Below, piece after piece: positions 37,877 to 51,664 of a stretch of DNA of 64,000 nt (positions are counted from its first letter, which is position 1; the number at the start of each line of letters is the position of its first letter). Origin of the DNA: Octopus sinensis (lineage: Eukaryota). The position numbers and the translations under genes are program-made. Under the pieces are notes generated by a model that worked only from the letters and a program-made list of their open reading frames with translations, did no database searches and was not told where the DNA came from. The stretch spans positions 52,824,001 through 52,888,000 of the forward strand of contig NC_043013.1 of NCBI RefSeq assembly GCF_006345805.1, read 5' to 3'.

Positions 37877-38708
37877 ATAAATTTCATTCATAACGAAATT
37901 AAAAATGTCTGCTTTCCTCTAATTACTTTTTTCTGTGAAAAATATGTGGCATTGATCATCAAACGAATTATGTTTCCCTCTGCACTTTATTCTAATAAAG
38001 CTTATGACGTAGAATTTCAAGTTGACTATGTCTGGCCAAGCTAAACTCCCTTCGGGGTTTTGATATTTCAGTTGAAGTCATATAAATTAATTAATATTTA
38101 AAAGCTCGCAAATAATATTATCTGAGAAAGTACAATTGTTTTCTACCGTATTGATTTGAAACAAAGTATCGTGTAACAGTAACACGGGAAGAAATATAAT
38201 TATTAATATTTATTGGTGAGAGAAGAAACTGTAAATTACTGGACATAGTTAAAGATATCAAATCAAATAAGCATAAGCAAATGTCGCCAAGAGAAAAGTG
38301 GAAGATATCAATATAGAATGCAATACCAAATATGAACAGGTATACAATTATGAAGTTCATCCTGACAAGGTTCAATGCCCACCTGAAAACTAGAATGCTC
38401 GACGCGTGAACAGTTTCGCTACTTATTGCGTTCCTTATTAAATATTTAGATATATTCAAAATATTTCGCTAATATGCAAATCTCGTTGACACTAAATTAT
38501 GCTAAAATGAAGTTAGATATACCTTGCACAAACTGCTACAAATAGACGCTTACATAAATATTTACGAGTATATTTTCGCGAAGTTTCATGTGAGTATTTA
38601 TCTCATTGGTGAAGGCATTATTTGTAACACTATATGTGTGTGTGTATATATCTGAACGTATGTATGTGTATATGTATGTATATGTACTCATACGTATATA
38701 TATATATA

Positions 38709-38763
<55 letters not shown>

Positions 38764-39039
38764 TATATATATACACATGCATACATAATGTAGATAATTG
38801 TACAATTGTATGCAGATACAATTACTGATGTGCGTATATCTCACATAAATACAGACTCTGCGTGCGCGTGTATTTGTATGTGTGTGTGCGTGTGTATGTG
38901 TGCGTGTGTGTTTGTTTGTGTGTGTGTGTGCGTGTGTGTAAACAGAGAGAAGAATGACAGCAGAGTGTGGGGTGGTTGTGTTTATTTGCGTGTTCGAATA
39001 TTAAATAGTTGTGCAAACGTAATTATCAAACGCGCGAAA

Positions 39040-39372
39040 TGGATGCTAGACAAACACTAAGACGCTACGAAAGGGCGTAAATGTGAAATGGCAGCAACAT
39101 ATGACAAATGAATGCTTTTATGGAGACCTGCCGAAAGTCAGCGAGAAAATCAGTCAAAGACGTCTTCAAATGTCTGGTCAGTGTGTGCGTCGTCTCCAAC
39201 TGGAAGCCTCTACGTTCATTATGTGTAACCCGCGTTATGCTGATGTAGGAAACATCGACAACCTGATTGCAGTGACTGACCTGGAATGTATTCAGGGCGT
39301 CCAGGCAGTGAGGATGGATCGGCAAGTTTAGCGGGTGGACTTCACTTCTGCGGACTGAGTTGGACCCCGGCC

Positions 39373-39420
<48 letters not shown>
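39040..39420 (+). mobile_element. RTE-clade LINE 3' fragment with (AAT)n tail
   Basis: KWQQHMTNECFYGDLPKVSEKISQRRLQMSGQCVRR fits the RTE C-terminal motif W..H.TN..LYG.LP.....I..RRL..AGHC.R. Confidence 0.75.
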
Positions 39421-39423
<3 letters not shown>

Positions 39424-39496
39424 TACATATGTGACTGTTGTGTTGAAATGAATGAACAAATCAGTTCTGAAATCTAAAAGTGTCAACTATATATAC

Positions 39497-39543
<47 letters not shown>

Positions 39544-39640
39544 ATATATATATATATATATTATATATATAGATATATATATATATATATATATATATGT
39601 ATTTGTGCGTGTGTGTGTGTATGTATGTATATATATATAT

Positions 39641-41733
39641 AAGAATGAATGTTTTTATATATAATGAACGTGAAATACAGGAAGGGACGAACACGGAACA
39701 CAGACAAATCATTCGAAGCCTTCAATCTTCAGTCAGACACCGAATCATCATAGCAAATTTCGGCTGTTCAATTCTGATATTTGCTCCAACTCGGCCAGCC
39801 CCAAGAAAAAAAACTAAGCTGTAAGCATTAGATTTCTTGGTAGAAGACAGGAATGTGAACGCACAAGACGGATGTGAAACAAGAGACGACGAAACGAAAT
39901 TGAAAACAGTAATGAAAAAACAAAATGTATATAACGGTGGTTGTCAACGACTTTAGACCAAATGAGACAAAACAACAACATAGCAGCTGGCGTAGAAATA
40001 ATTACCGTTTCGGTAGCGGGGACACATGTTGGTCGAGATACGAAGGCCAACAGAATGGTTGAAGAAGCAGCAGGTCAGGAGAGAGAGAAAGAGAGACAGA
40101 GAGAGAGGGAATCAAAGAGGGTGGAAGGCAGGGGACAGAATCAGTGACCAAGAGAGAAGGAGAAAGAAGGGATTAAGGAGGATGGGAGGAAGAGAGGGGA
40201 AGAATCGGAGGGCGCCAAAAAAGTTTGGTGAAGAAGCAATGGCGGGTAGTAAAAGACAGTGTGTATAGAAGTCGTGCAGGGTTTAAAATTGGACAAACAA
40301 ACGGGGGGGTGCACGTAACGCCGCAATAATATAAGAATGAATGTTTTTATATATAATGAACGTGAAATACAGGAAGGGACGAACACGGAACACAGACAAA
40401 TCATTCGAAGCCTTCAATCTTCAGTCAGACACCGAATCATCATAGCAAATTTCGGCTGTTCAATTCTGATATTTGCTCCAACTCGGCCAGCCCCAAGAAA
40501 AAAAACTAAGCTGTAAGCATTAGATTTCTTGGTAGAAGACAGGAATGTGAACGCACAAGACGGATGTGAATACAAGAGACGAAAACGAAATTGAAAACAG
40601 TAATGAAAAAACAAAATGTATATAACGGTGGTTGTCATACGACTTTAGACCAAATGAGACAAAACAACAACATAGCAGCTGGCGTAGAAATAATTACCGT
40701 TTCGGTAGCGGGGACACATGTTGGTCGAGATACGAAGGCCAACAGAATGGTTGAAGAAGCAGCAGGTCAGGAGAGAGAGAAAGAGAGACAGAGAGAGAGG
40801 GAATCAAAGAGGGTGGAAGGCAGGGGACAGAATCAGTGACCAAGAGAGAAGGAGAAAGAAGGGATTAAGGAGAGGGGAGGGGAAGAGAGGGGAAGAATCG
40901 GAGGGCGCCAAAAAAGTTTGGTGAAGAAGCAATGGCGGGTAGTAAAAGACAGTGTGTATAGAAGTCGTGCAGGGTTTAAAATTGGACAAACAAACGGGGG
41001 GGTGCACGTAACGCCGCAATAATATAAGAATGAATGTTTTTATATATAATGAACGTGAAATACAGGAAGGGACGAACACGGAACACAGAAAATCATTCGA
41101 AGCCTTCAATCTTCAGTCAGACACCGAATCATCATAGCAAATTTCGGCTGTTCAATTCTGATATTTGCTCCAACTCGGCCAGCCCCAAGAAAAAAAACTA
41201 AGCTGTAAGCATTAGATTTCTTGGTAGAAGACAGGAATGTGAACGCACAAGACGGATGTGAATACAAGAGACGAAAACGAAATTGAAAACAGTAATGAAA
41301 AAACAAAATGTATAAACGGTGGTTGTCATACGACTTTAGACCAAATGAGACAAAAACAACAACATAGCAGCTGGCGTAGAAATAATTACCGTTTCGGTAG
41401 CGGGGACACATGTTGGTCGAGATACGAAGGCCAACAGAATGGTTGAAGAAGCAGCAGGTCAGGAGAGAGAGAAAGAGAGACAGAGAGAGAGGGAATCAAA
41501 GAGGGTGGAAGGCAGGGGACAGAATCAGTGACAAGAGAGAAGGAGAAAGAAGGGATTAAGGAGGATGGGAGGAAGAGAGAGGGAAGAATCGGAGGGCGCC
41601 AAAAAAGTTTGGTGAAGAAGCAATGGCGGGTAGTAAAAGACAGTGTGTATAGAAGTCGTGCAGGGTTTAAAATTGGACAAACAAACGGGGGGGTGCACGT
41701 AACGCCGCAATAATATAAGAATGAATGTTTTTA
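39641..41733. repeat. tandem array: 3 near-identical ~692-bp units + ~17-bp partial
   Basis: AAGAATGAATGTTTTTAT starts at 39641, 40333, 41026 and 41717 (periods 692/693/691). Confidence 0.95.
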
Positions 41734-42342
41734 TGTATTTGTATATATATACACACAATCACCAAACCAGGTGTTATCTTAATTTCCTTACACACACACA
41801 CACTCATACACAGCCCAGCACACCCACAAACACACACATACATTGTATCTGTACGTCTGTGTGTTTGTCTGTATGTGTGTAAGTGTGTGTGTGTGTGTGT
41901 GTTTACTCATTCAACGCGATTAAATACGTAAGCAAGTGAAGATTTTCTTGTGACTTTGACAACCCTATGTACATTCCACACGCCGTTGCAAAACAGTCCA
42001 CTTTTAATCCTAATATTCAAATCCGAAAACTCCATCCTAAATGATATCGTATTAAACCGAGGTGTAAATTATAGATACTTGCATAATTCTACGTTTCTTT
42101 GGTGCATTTTTGCGATAAAAATTTCATCATATATTCGCCAAGTAAACCCTGCTGGCCTTTCTGAAATAGCAGAAAACATTCACCATGGCTACGCATCTAT
42201 GTATGTGTATATACATACATGCATATATATATATTATATATATATATATATATACACACACATATATATATGTGTGCACACGTATAAATTCACATATAGA
42301 CATATAAACACTTATATTCATATGTGTGAGAGTGTGTGTGTA

Positions 42343-42375
<33 letters not shown>

Positions 42376-42525
42376 CGTGCGTAGGGCCCCGCTATTCATT
42401 CTTCTCACATTGTAATTAGCATCGGATCCGAGATAATTGCCGTTTCTGTTTTATTTTAAGTTCTGTGGCAAACGATAATTGTACGAACCAATTTCTGCAT
42501 GCTTATATTTCCTTAATATAACATG

Positions 42526-42574
<49 letters not shown>

Positions 42575-42661
42575 GGATATATCTACACATATGTATACAT
42601 ATGTATAGATATATATACATATACACATTGATATGAATACATGTTAATATATAGATATGAA

Positions 42662-42749
<88 letters not shown>

Positions 42750-43388
42750 GTATATTTAATTTCAGTGTGTATGATAACGCTACATGAGCGTTTGTGTGTC
42801 TCCATTGTTATCGCTATTGTCACTGTTGTGTTACTGTATAATTTTCTGGTGACATTATTGATACTCGCGTTATTTATCGCTATGGGATGTCATTATAGCC
42901 ATAATTCCTATGTTTATATTTGCGCTGGAGTTGATCTTCCATAGAGAAGCACGCATTCTCTTTCACATAGACACACACACAGGTGCAAACACCTACATCT
43001 TCATCTATATAAATAATGCATGTGTGTATGTATGTATGTATTTACGTATGAATATAACTTTATATGTTGATACAAGCAAATATTAATTTGTATTTATGCA
43101 TTCAAAGCAATATTATTGTGATTGGGCGTCTGAAAGAGAAATCGTAATTGGAGTATATATATTCGATAACATTTTAATTAGTGACAGGATTACAAATCGT
43201 TGATTATTTCTACAAATTATATATTATTGCGAGTTTATTATACATCAGAATTCATCTATTCATTACATTATTTTCGGATATTGTTATGACGACAACAAAT
43301 TCCAACTAGAAGTTATATACAACAAAACAGGAAGATTTAATAATGAATGAATGTATAATGTACGTGTGTATTACATATTCATATATAA

Positions 43389-43446
<58 letters not shown>

Positions 43447-43534
43447 ATATATATATACACGCATATTTATATATGTGTAAATGTTCATATGCATACGTAT
43501 AAGGTGTATGTTTATATGAATAAATACACATGTG

Positions 43535-43730
43535 GAAGGACGTGGCTTAGTGGTAATTATGCTGTACCCATAATCGCAAGATTATGGTTTCGATTCCTGA
43601 AACAGTGCAGTCCACAGTGCAGTCCACACTGCAGGCAAAAACGACTAATCTCTGCGATGGATCGGCTTTTCGTCTCGTGGGACGGATGCATACGCCACAG
43701 ACTCCGGGAAACCAACCTCATGAGCTTATA
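43535..43730 (+). mobile_element. degraded SINE family B
   Basis: GTGGCTTAGTGG, GGTTTCGATTCC, CTGCGATGG and CATACGCC..GGGAAACC..CATGAGC parallel 8495-8808. Confidence 0.55.
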
Positions 43731-43768
43731 AATCGGGAAGACCCTTTCCTCACTTTTCATATATATTA

Positions 43769-43822
<54 letters not shown>

Positions 43823-43826
<4 letters not shown>

Positions 43827-44020
43827 GTTATTCCAAACTTGAAAACACAAAAATGCGAGGACGTGGGACAAGTATAGTGTTATTTGACGCTCAGGAAAGG
43901 AAAGAAAGAAGGAGGATTTAACGTTTCGAGCGGAGCTCTTCGTCAGAAACATAGTAAAAAGAAAGATCCAAGGAAGGGAAGTTGGAGGAGAAAAACCGCC
44001 AACGATACAAACGCGGTCAC
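43823..44020 (-). mobile_element. solo ~200-bp HHR-bearing unit inserted in (TA)n
   Basis: The reverse complement is colinear end-to-end with 1891-2088. (TA)n on both sides. Confidence 0.8.
43916..43950 (-). ncRNA. minimal type-I hammerhead ribozyme
   Basis: Minus strand: GTTT-CTGACGA-a-GAGC-tcc-GCTC-GAAACGT-t-AAAT; full core, 4-bp stems I and II. Confidence 0.78.
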
Positions 44021-44079
<59 letters not shown>

Positions 44080-44739
44080 TATATATTTTATGTTATTTGT
44101 TTATGTATTCATATATTGATGTTAGCTTGTGTGTATTTTCGTTTTCCAACCCTACCAGTTCGCTTTTTCTCTCCTCATTGTCTCACTCTTCTATCTTTTC
44201 TTTGTACGTATTGTCTATCTCATTCTACATCTTCGCACAAACCATTTCTCAATTGCCATGGATCTTATTCCACTACCTCTCACATTTTTCATTTTTTAAA
44301 ACTAGATTTCACTATAACTGTCCTTCGCTATATCTAATCCTTCTATCTTAAAAAAATCTAATTCCTATTTTGTCTAAATTTTCTCCTTATCCAATTGTTT
44401 CACTCCAACCGATAAACGTTCTTTATTCAATATTCTGCTACTGTCTTCTTCGCGCTCTGCTGGTCTTAATCGTATCACTTCCCTATTTCACAGTCCTTGT
44501 ATGTTAGGTGAACAGATTCAAATATTTGGTGTACTTAATGTTTCGTAAATATACGTAATATATTTGTGTCCATTTTTATCTCCTTTATTTTCTTTTGGTG
44601 GTCTCAGTCTTTGTGCTTTGTCCTCTCTTATTAACCTCCTCCATTTCTATTCCTGATGAGATGAATGAAGCTTAAATGTCAGAGTGCAATACTTGCATGT
44701 GTATACGCAATATGTACGTGTATTTGTATGTGTGAATGT

Positions 44740-44935
44740 ATCAAAAATAAACCGGAATTTTGCAGTATTATTTTTTTTCAATTAGTTTTACACGTTTACA
44801 CTTTTATCGCTTTCAAAGTATCCTCCATTTGAAGCAATGCATCGGTCCAGACGCGTTTTACACTCTTCGAAGCAACACTGGAACGCTTGCGACGTGATGC
44901 CTTTTAACGCCTCTGTTTTCTTATTCTTCATCTCC
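44740..44935 (-). mobile_element. mariner transposase C-terminal remnant
   Basis: TEALKGITSQAFQCCFEECKTRLDRCIASNGGYFESD matches the mariner C-terminus (..CI...G.YFE.D). Confidence 0.75.
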
Positions 44936-45229
44936 AACTGGATAACAATGGGTAAAACCTGAAGGTGGACCAGCTTTATAATGTACTCTACCATGTTCAT
45001 AACAGAATATACCATAACTGTATAAAATATATGGAAAATTTTCACCAGACATGTTTTAAAAATACTGCCTGAGATGTTTTCATAGCATGAAAATATTATA
45101 AGCTCATAAAAATTTATATATTGTGCTTATAAAAAATATTTATCTCTCACCAGTTGGAGTACTTTTTTTGTTGATCTCAGCATCATGGAATAGTACACTA
45201 CAAATATATATATATATATATAATCAAAA

Positions 45230-45522
45230 TAAGCAACAAGAATAACTTCGGTAATTTGGTCCGATCGTTTTGCACTACATCATTTTATTAAATGTTGTAA
45301 GTATTACAACAGTTTTAAAATGCTGAGCACTCATCAGCCATTAATAGAGGTTGTAATACTTACAACATTTAATAAAATGATGTAGTGCGAGACGATCGTA
45401 CCAAATTACCGAAGTTATTTTTGTTGCTTATAATCACCCCATGGATTTATATGGATAACACCATACAAAATGCTGGTGCATTTGACTTAGGTTCTATATT
45501 GATTTGAATCTAAATTTTGCTG
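45230..45522. repeat. fold-back element: 81-bp arms, 39-nt loop, ~90-bp tail, within (TA)n
   Basis: 45230-45310 is the near reverse complement of 45350-45430. The loop carries CTGATGA-GTGC-tca-GCAT on the minus strand. Confidence 0.85.
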
Positions 45523-45549
45523 ATATATATATATATATATAATATATAT

Positions 45550-45622
<73 letters not shown>

Positions 45623-45623
<1 letters not shown>

Positions 45624-46440
45624 TGTTTCTTTATTAGCCACACGGACGGGACAAATTACGAAGTAGCACTTTTCTTTTTGGGGAGAAAAAAATGTGGGGT
45701 AAGTTTTCAATCAAAAGGGATCGTAAAAAGGGAAAAAAGAAAGAAAATAATCAGTAGGGATCATGTATCTCAGAAATGTCATTATGTAAAGAAATGTCAT
45801 GATATAAAGTGTAAAGGGTGAAACAGATAAGGTTTATCCATGGAAAGAAAAGACTACGGAAAAGACCAGGGTAACCTCGGTCATTAATGTCACATGTTAA
45901 CACATTTATTTGCAAGTAAACCTCTGTTTTAAATTTTTCCGGGTTCATAGGATTATGCTCAAGGTGGCTTCGTCATTGATAGTGTCATCTTTGCTACATT
46001 CACCCATCATTTTTTGAAACATTCGCTACACAAAACTTGCCTCTCTGCTCTCACTTTCCTTTTCAAGTGATACTTGAAGAAGTTGATGAGAGATTGACCA
46101 GAGAGGAAAATATTTGTCTATAATCCTTTCAGACGCGTCCACCAGATACATTCTTTCGCCATAGCCACAAGGATGATGAAAATTGCTCTTCCTTCCCGTT
46201 TGAAGGAAGGAGGCCTGACGATATTGACGATAGACTCGGCTGATAAACCGATTCGTCCCACACGTGACAGCAGTTGTTCGACATAAGCCCTCAGGTCGGA
46301 AATGATTGGATACTGGACGAGTGTGTGCAGAACGGTTTCGTCGCTCTGACCGCATCTCGGGCAGGTCAGCCTCGTGTTTCTCGAGCCGTGTTTATAGAGC
46401 TTATCCCGAACGGGTAGCGCTTCTCGGTAGCACTGCTACG
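45623..46440 (-). mobile_element. Tx1/L1-clade non-LTR element 3' end (zf-RVT/CCHC region + 3' UTR)
   Basis: Manual minus-strand translation (not in the ORF track): ALPVRDKLYKHG..TCPRCGQSDETVLHTLVQY...LVAMAKECIWWTRL..FFKYHLKRK. The UTR ends AATAAAGAAACA + (TC)n. Confidence 0.82.
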
Positions 46441-47292
46441 CCAGGTAGATAGATAGATAAATAAATAGATGTATATATATATATGCACATTCACACACAG
46501 AGATAAATGCACGCACACACACACACATTCTCTCTCTCTCTCACACGCACACACGCACGCATACATTTACTGCCCTGCAAATGTGAACACCCTGAAAATT
46601 AGAATAAGATAGAATAAGCAGAACTACTGCAAAACCTGCAGCTTCTTCGTTCTGATTATAAACCCAAATCAATTTTATCAGTAATATGTAGTGCACATTA
46701 AGTTATGTTCTTAAATACCTGAAAGACAATCTCTAAAAGTTAGGGATTTCAGACAAAGAAGGAGACCTAGATATATGCACATTTGACGTAACATGTTTAA
46801 GTTGAACAATGATAATTTTCAAGGCATTCATTAAATTCGAAACGTAGCAATTATGTTTGTTCTGATCCATACTCCAGCTAAGGAGCATCTGTTTCAGTCA
46901 TACAAAAATGGTCTCCTCCTTATGGTAAAAACTGTGATGTTAAACGTGAATGTGGTGTATAAATATGTGAGCGTATAAAATACATGAGCATATTCTTTTG
47001 GTTTTCTACTAGTTTGAGCAGTGAGTTTACAGCCATCATAAGCAACGGGTATTGTGGTGTTACTCACCTATATTTAGTGTGGCACTTATTTTACAATTGT
47101 CTATTTTGCCAACATTACGGGACATGAACGATTCCAGCACATAGCGTATCTATATAGCATCTCCACATACCTACATATCAAGGGATAATATTCTCTCTCT
47201 CTCTTTCTCTCTCTATCTCACACACATGCACACATATATATATATAAAAATAGATATGTATATATGTGTGTACATATATGTGTATATCTGTT

Positions 47293-47329
<37 letters not shown>

Positions 47330-47526
47330 CAATCGAAACTGTAGAGATAATCTGTAATTCGACGGACGAAAGGAAATTCCGAATGACCCATCCTTGCTTT
47401 TTCATGTCTCTTTTTGTTATTATCCAACTGTCTAGATGTTTTGTTGTCACCTGTCACGTTATTCTCCCATTTTTATTATTCATATATATACATATATATA
47501 TTTCTTTTCTTTCTTTTCTTTTCCTT

Positions 47527-47922
47527 TTTCCAGTCATTTGAATGCGGCCATGCCGGAGCACCGCCTTTCATCGAGCAAATCGAACCCAGACCTTATTCTG
47601 TGTAAGCCCAGTACTTATTTTATCGATCTCTTTTGCCGAACCGCTAAGTTACGAAGACGTAATGACACCAACATTGGTTGTCAAACAATGGTGGTGGGAC
47701 AAACATGGACACACAAACATATGCACACATAGACAAACATACATATATATACATATATACGACGGGCTTCTTCCAGTTTCTGTCTACCATATCCACTCAC
47801 AAGGCTTTGGTCGGCCCGAGGCTATAGTAGGAGACACATGCCCAAGGTGCCACGCAGAGGGACTGAACCCAGAACCATATGGTTGGTAAACAAGCTATTT
47901 ACCACACACCCACTCCTGCGCC
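47527..47922 (-). mobile_element. SINE family A (full length)
   Basis: All diagnostic blocks present (GGCCATGCCGGAGCACCGCC, GCCGAACCGCTAAGTTACG, GACGGGCTTCTTCCAGTTTC, GGGACTGAACCC). Confidence 0.8.
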
Positions 47923-47953
47923 TAACTATATCTATATCAATATCTCTCTCCCC

Positions 47954-47999
<46 letters not shown>

Positions 48000-48001
48000 T
48001 A

Positions 48002-48037
<36 letters not shown>

Positions 48038-48611
48038 TATTATTATTATATATATTTGTATACTTATGTATTTGCATATATATATATGTATAAACAAATA
48101 TGTGTCTGTTCAGCTTCATACACATATGCGGTATGCGTGTGCGTGCGCACGTGTGTGTGGGCGTATGACTGCGTGTATACCAGACTGTAGACTCTGTGGT
48201 TATTAATGGAGAAGTGTTGTTTCGTGATTGTCATTGAAAAATCACAAGTGTCTTAAAAACGTCTGAAGATGTATTTTCAGCTCACAATCTCTCATCGATA
48301 AATCGATAATTTTATTTATTAACACTCAAATATTATCGGAAACTAATCTCAATCAGAAGACAAGGTGCATTTTTTTAAAAATAGAATAAAAAATAAAAAA
48401 TAAAATGAAAATATAAATAAAAACGAACCCAGTATTTATTTAACCCAATAGTTCAGATATCTCGTTTTCCTACTTGAATACAAAACGAAAAACGAGTCAA
48501 TGTAAAGCTATATCAAAACACGATCTTCCCTGTAAAGCCGGAGGCAAATTTATCAAAAGAGCTTTCTCAACCAAAAAGCAAACATACAAACGAATAAACA
48601 AATAGAAATAC

Positions 48612-48667
48612 TAATAATAATGATAAAGATGATCTTGATGATGATGATAAAAATAATAATAATAATG

Positions 48668-48728
<61 letters not shown>

Positions 48729-48928
48729 TAATAATAATGATAATAATAATAATAATAATGATAATAATAATAAAAATAATAATGATAATAATAATAATGA
48801 TAATAATGATAATAATAATAATAATAATAATAATAATAGTAATAATAATAATAGTAATAATTGAAAATATAAAATATGAAAATTATTTTAAAATAAACTA
48901 TAGGATACAAGAAGAATCTTTAATAAAA

Positions 48929-48967
<39 letters not shown>

Positions 48968-48993
48968 TAATAATAATAATAATAATAATAATG

Positions 48994-49056
<63 letters not shown>

Positions 49057-49210
49057 GTAATAATAATAATAGTAATATTGAAAATATAAAATATGAAAAT
49101 TATTTTAAAATAAACTATAGGATACAAGAAGAATCTTTAATAAAAATATAATAATAATAATAATAATAATAATATTAATAATGATAATAATAATAATAAT
49201 AATAATAATG

Positions 49211-49274
<64 letters not shown>

Positions 49275-49306
49275 TAATAATAATAACGATAATAATAATA
49301 ATAACG

Positions 49307-49344
<38 letters not shown>

Positions 49345-49362
49345 GATAATAATAATAATAGT
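48612..49362. repeat. long (AAT)n array with a duplicated unique ~90-bp insert
   Basis: TTGAAAATATAAAATATGAAAATTATTTTAAAATAAACTATAGGATACAAGAAGAATC at ~48861 and ~49078. Confidence 0.9.
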
Positions 49363-49659
49363 GTTATCATGAAACCAGAAAGTAACAAAAGCAAACACAA
49401 GAGATCATTAATTACTTAAGATAAACATCGACAAGTAAATTCATTCGTTTTATTTTTATATTTATATTGATGTTTATTTTATTTTAGCTATTATTTGATG
49501 TTTTGTGTTTGTCAATGTTATTTTATTTTATTTTATTTTATTTTATTTTATTTGTTTTCCCTAAATCACTAATGTGAGGTATTTTCTGCAAGTAATCACC
49601 GGAAAGAAATTAAATACTTGGAATAATAGATATATGGCTATTATTGCTCTATTTATCGC

Positions 49660-49660
49660 G

Positions 49661-49732
<72 letters not shown>

Positions 49733-49749
49733 TATTATTATTATTATTA

Positions 49750-49789
<40 letters not shown>

Positions 49790-49797
49790 TACCACTT

Positions 49798-49888
<91 letters not shown>

Positions 49889-49992
49889 AACCGATTCTAT
49901 CATCATCATCATCATCATCAACGTCGTCGCCATCACCATCATCATCATCATTATCATCATCATCATCATCACCATCGTCATCATCATCATCA
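49660..49992. repeat. compound (ATT)n-(ACT)n-(ATC)n
   Basis: Direct inspection. Confidence 0.9.
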
Positions 49993-50628
49993 CCTGGGGT
50001 TGATTTCGTTTAATATTTTTAATTCTTTAACATTTTTGTGGATACATTTTGGGGTTCTTCAAAATTATAGATGAAGTCAAGAAAATATTTTAACCTGATC
50101 TTTCTTTACTAATTTTTTGTATATTTGCGTTTATATTTATAGATTGAATATATTTTAAAAAATAATAAAGTGGTTATCTTGTAAATGTTGTGTATCTGTC
50201 AGGAGAGTCGATAAACGCGGCAATAGTGGTTCAAAGTTCAGATGATAATATCATGTCAGTTACGCTCCGCTGTGATTAAGAGAAAGCTTTTAGCTCAGTC
50301 TACCTAACTGTAAATAGGTACCAGCAACAGAAGTATAGCACAAAACACATTTGTGTCTATATATTTAAGTTGCTTAAAGATATTCAGTGGTGTAACATAC
50401 CATATCATCATCATAGTGATCATTATTATTATTCAACTTGACTCATGAGTGATGCTGTTCCTGGTAGAATTTATGGTATCGCGGGTTACGACCTGTAACT
50501 TTAGATACCAACATGATTTCAATCAAACTTCAACTGCTTAAATCCCTTCTGGTGATATTTCACGTTTTGTAGAAATACTACAGGATATTCAATTCCAATA
50601 TCCTTTATCCATTCGTCTATATCATCCC

Positions 50629-50807
50629 TCAGTACAAACTTTTGGCTTTCTCTGAGGCATGATACTCCTGTGATATTACCTAGTTGTTTCTGACATCCCT
50701 CTCTTGTCCTACCTAGGACACCTACAATAACAGGAACAGTTCTCGTTTTAAGATGCCACATCATTTTTATTTCAAGCTCTAGATCCTTATATTTACTTAG
50801 TTTGTCA
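50629..50807 (-). mobile_element. R4/Dong-type restriction-like endonuclease C-terminal remnant
   Basis: DKLSKYKDLELEIKMMWHLKTRTVPVIVGVLG..GCQKQLGNITG..CLRESQKFVL fits the K..KY.DL..E...MW......P.IVGALG motif of RLE non-LTR elements. Confidence 0.78.
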
Positions 50808-51099
50808 GTTGTATTCGTTTTTTCAATTTTTTCTCGGTAGCAGGGAGGTTTATAAAATCTTTAATTTTATATTTTTGCTTGATTTTTCAAGCTTGTTTCG
50901 TCTTAACATTTACTCCTCTAGCAAGTTCATCGAGAACAGATAGATCCGCCGGCAGAAATTTGATCTCTTTCTCTATTGCTACTTTCCACCTCGGAGGTCT
51001 GTCGACATGGTTGGTCTTTTCTGTGTCACCCTGATACCTAGTTGAGCATTCAAAACTTTATTTGAGGTTGTTAGGCATTTCCCTTATAACTTAAGATGA

Positions 51100-51556
51100 A
51101 AGAACAGCACATGCCATCTTAGTGACATTGAGGTACAGATATACGGAGTCCAGTGTACCCTTCATGACTACCCGTCTCATAAGGGTACACCAGATGCATG
51201 CATCACAACCATATGTGTGCAATATGGTGATCATAATCTTGCAGGTGGGGCCCGGTTGGAATTTGCTTCAGGTCGAGTAGCTCATTCCGCTCAAAAAGGT
51301 CCTTGAATAAGGGTTGTTTAAGGAAGTTGAACGAAACTACCATGTTCCCAAACGTGAATTACTCAAACCCGAAAGAATTCCTCTCAATACATAACTATGA
51401 TATTCTACAACTACTTTTGCTTTTGATCAGTGATGCACATATCGTCAGCCACTAAGGGACATGCTCAACTGGTTAAGATCAAACAACTGACAAACAAACC
51501 TGTGTTATTGAGCAGAAAATTTCCTGGACCCCATCTTTTATACCAAGACAAAACAA
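51100..51556 (-). mobile_element. (AAT)n-associated retroposon, older copy
   Basis: Colinear with 17140-17617 (CATGACTACCCGTCT, GCAGGTGGGGCCC, GCCACTAAGGGACATGCTCAACTGG). Confidence 0.8.
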
Positions 51557-51664
51557 ATTTGATAGCATCTTATATTTTTGTTATTGATGTTATTGTCGTT
51601 GCTTTTAAAGCGGCTAAATGACCTCCGCATCGCTTATTTTCTTTCTGCTATTTTAAATTCTTTA

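Noticed and set aside
39641-41733. ORFs in the tandem array; CRISPR-like reading
   Set aside because: The ORFs are short and frameshift between copies. The units are contiguous with no unique spacers, and the context is eukaryotic.
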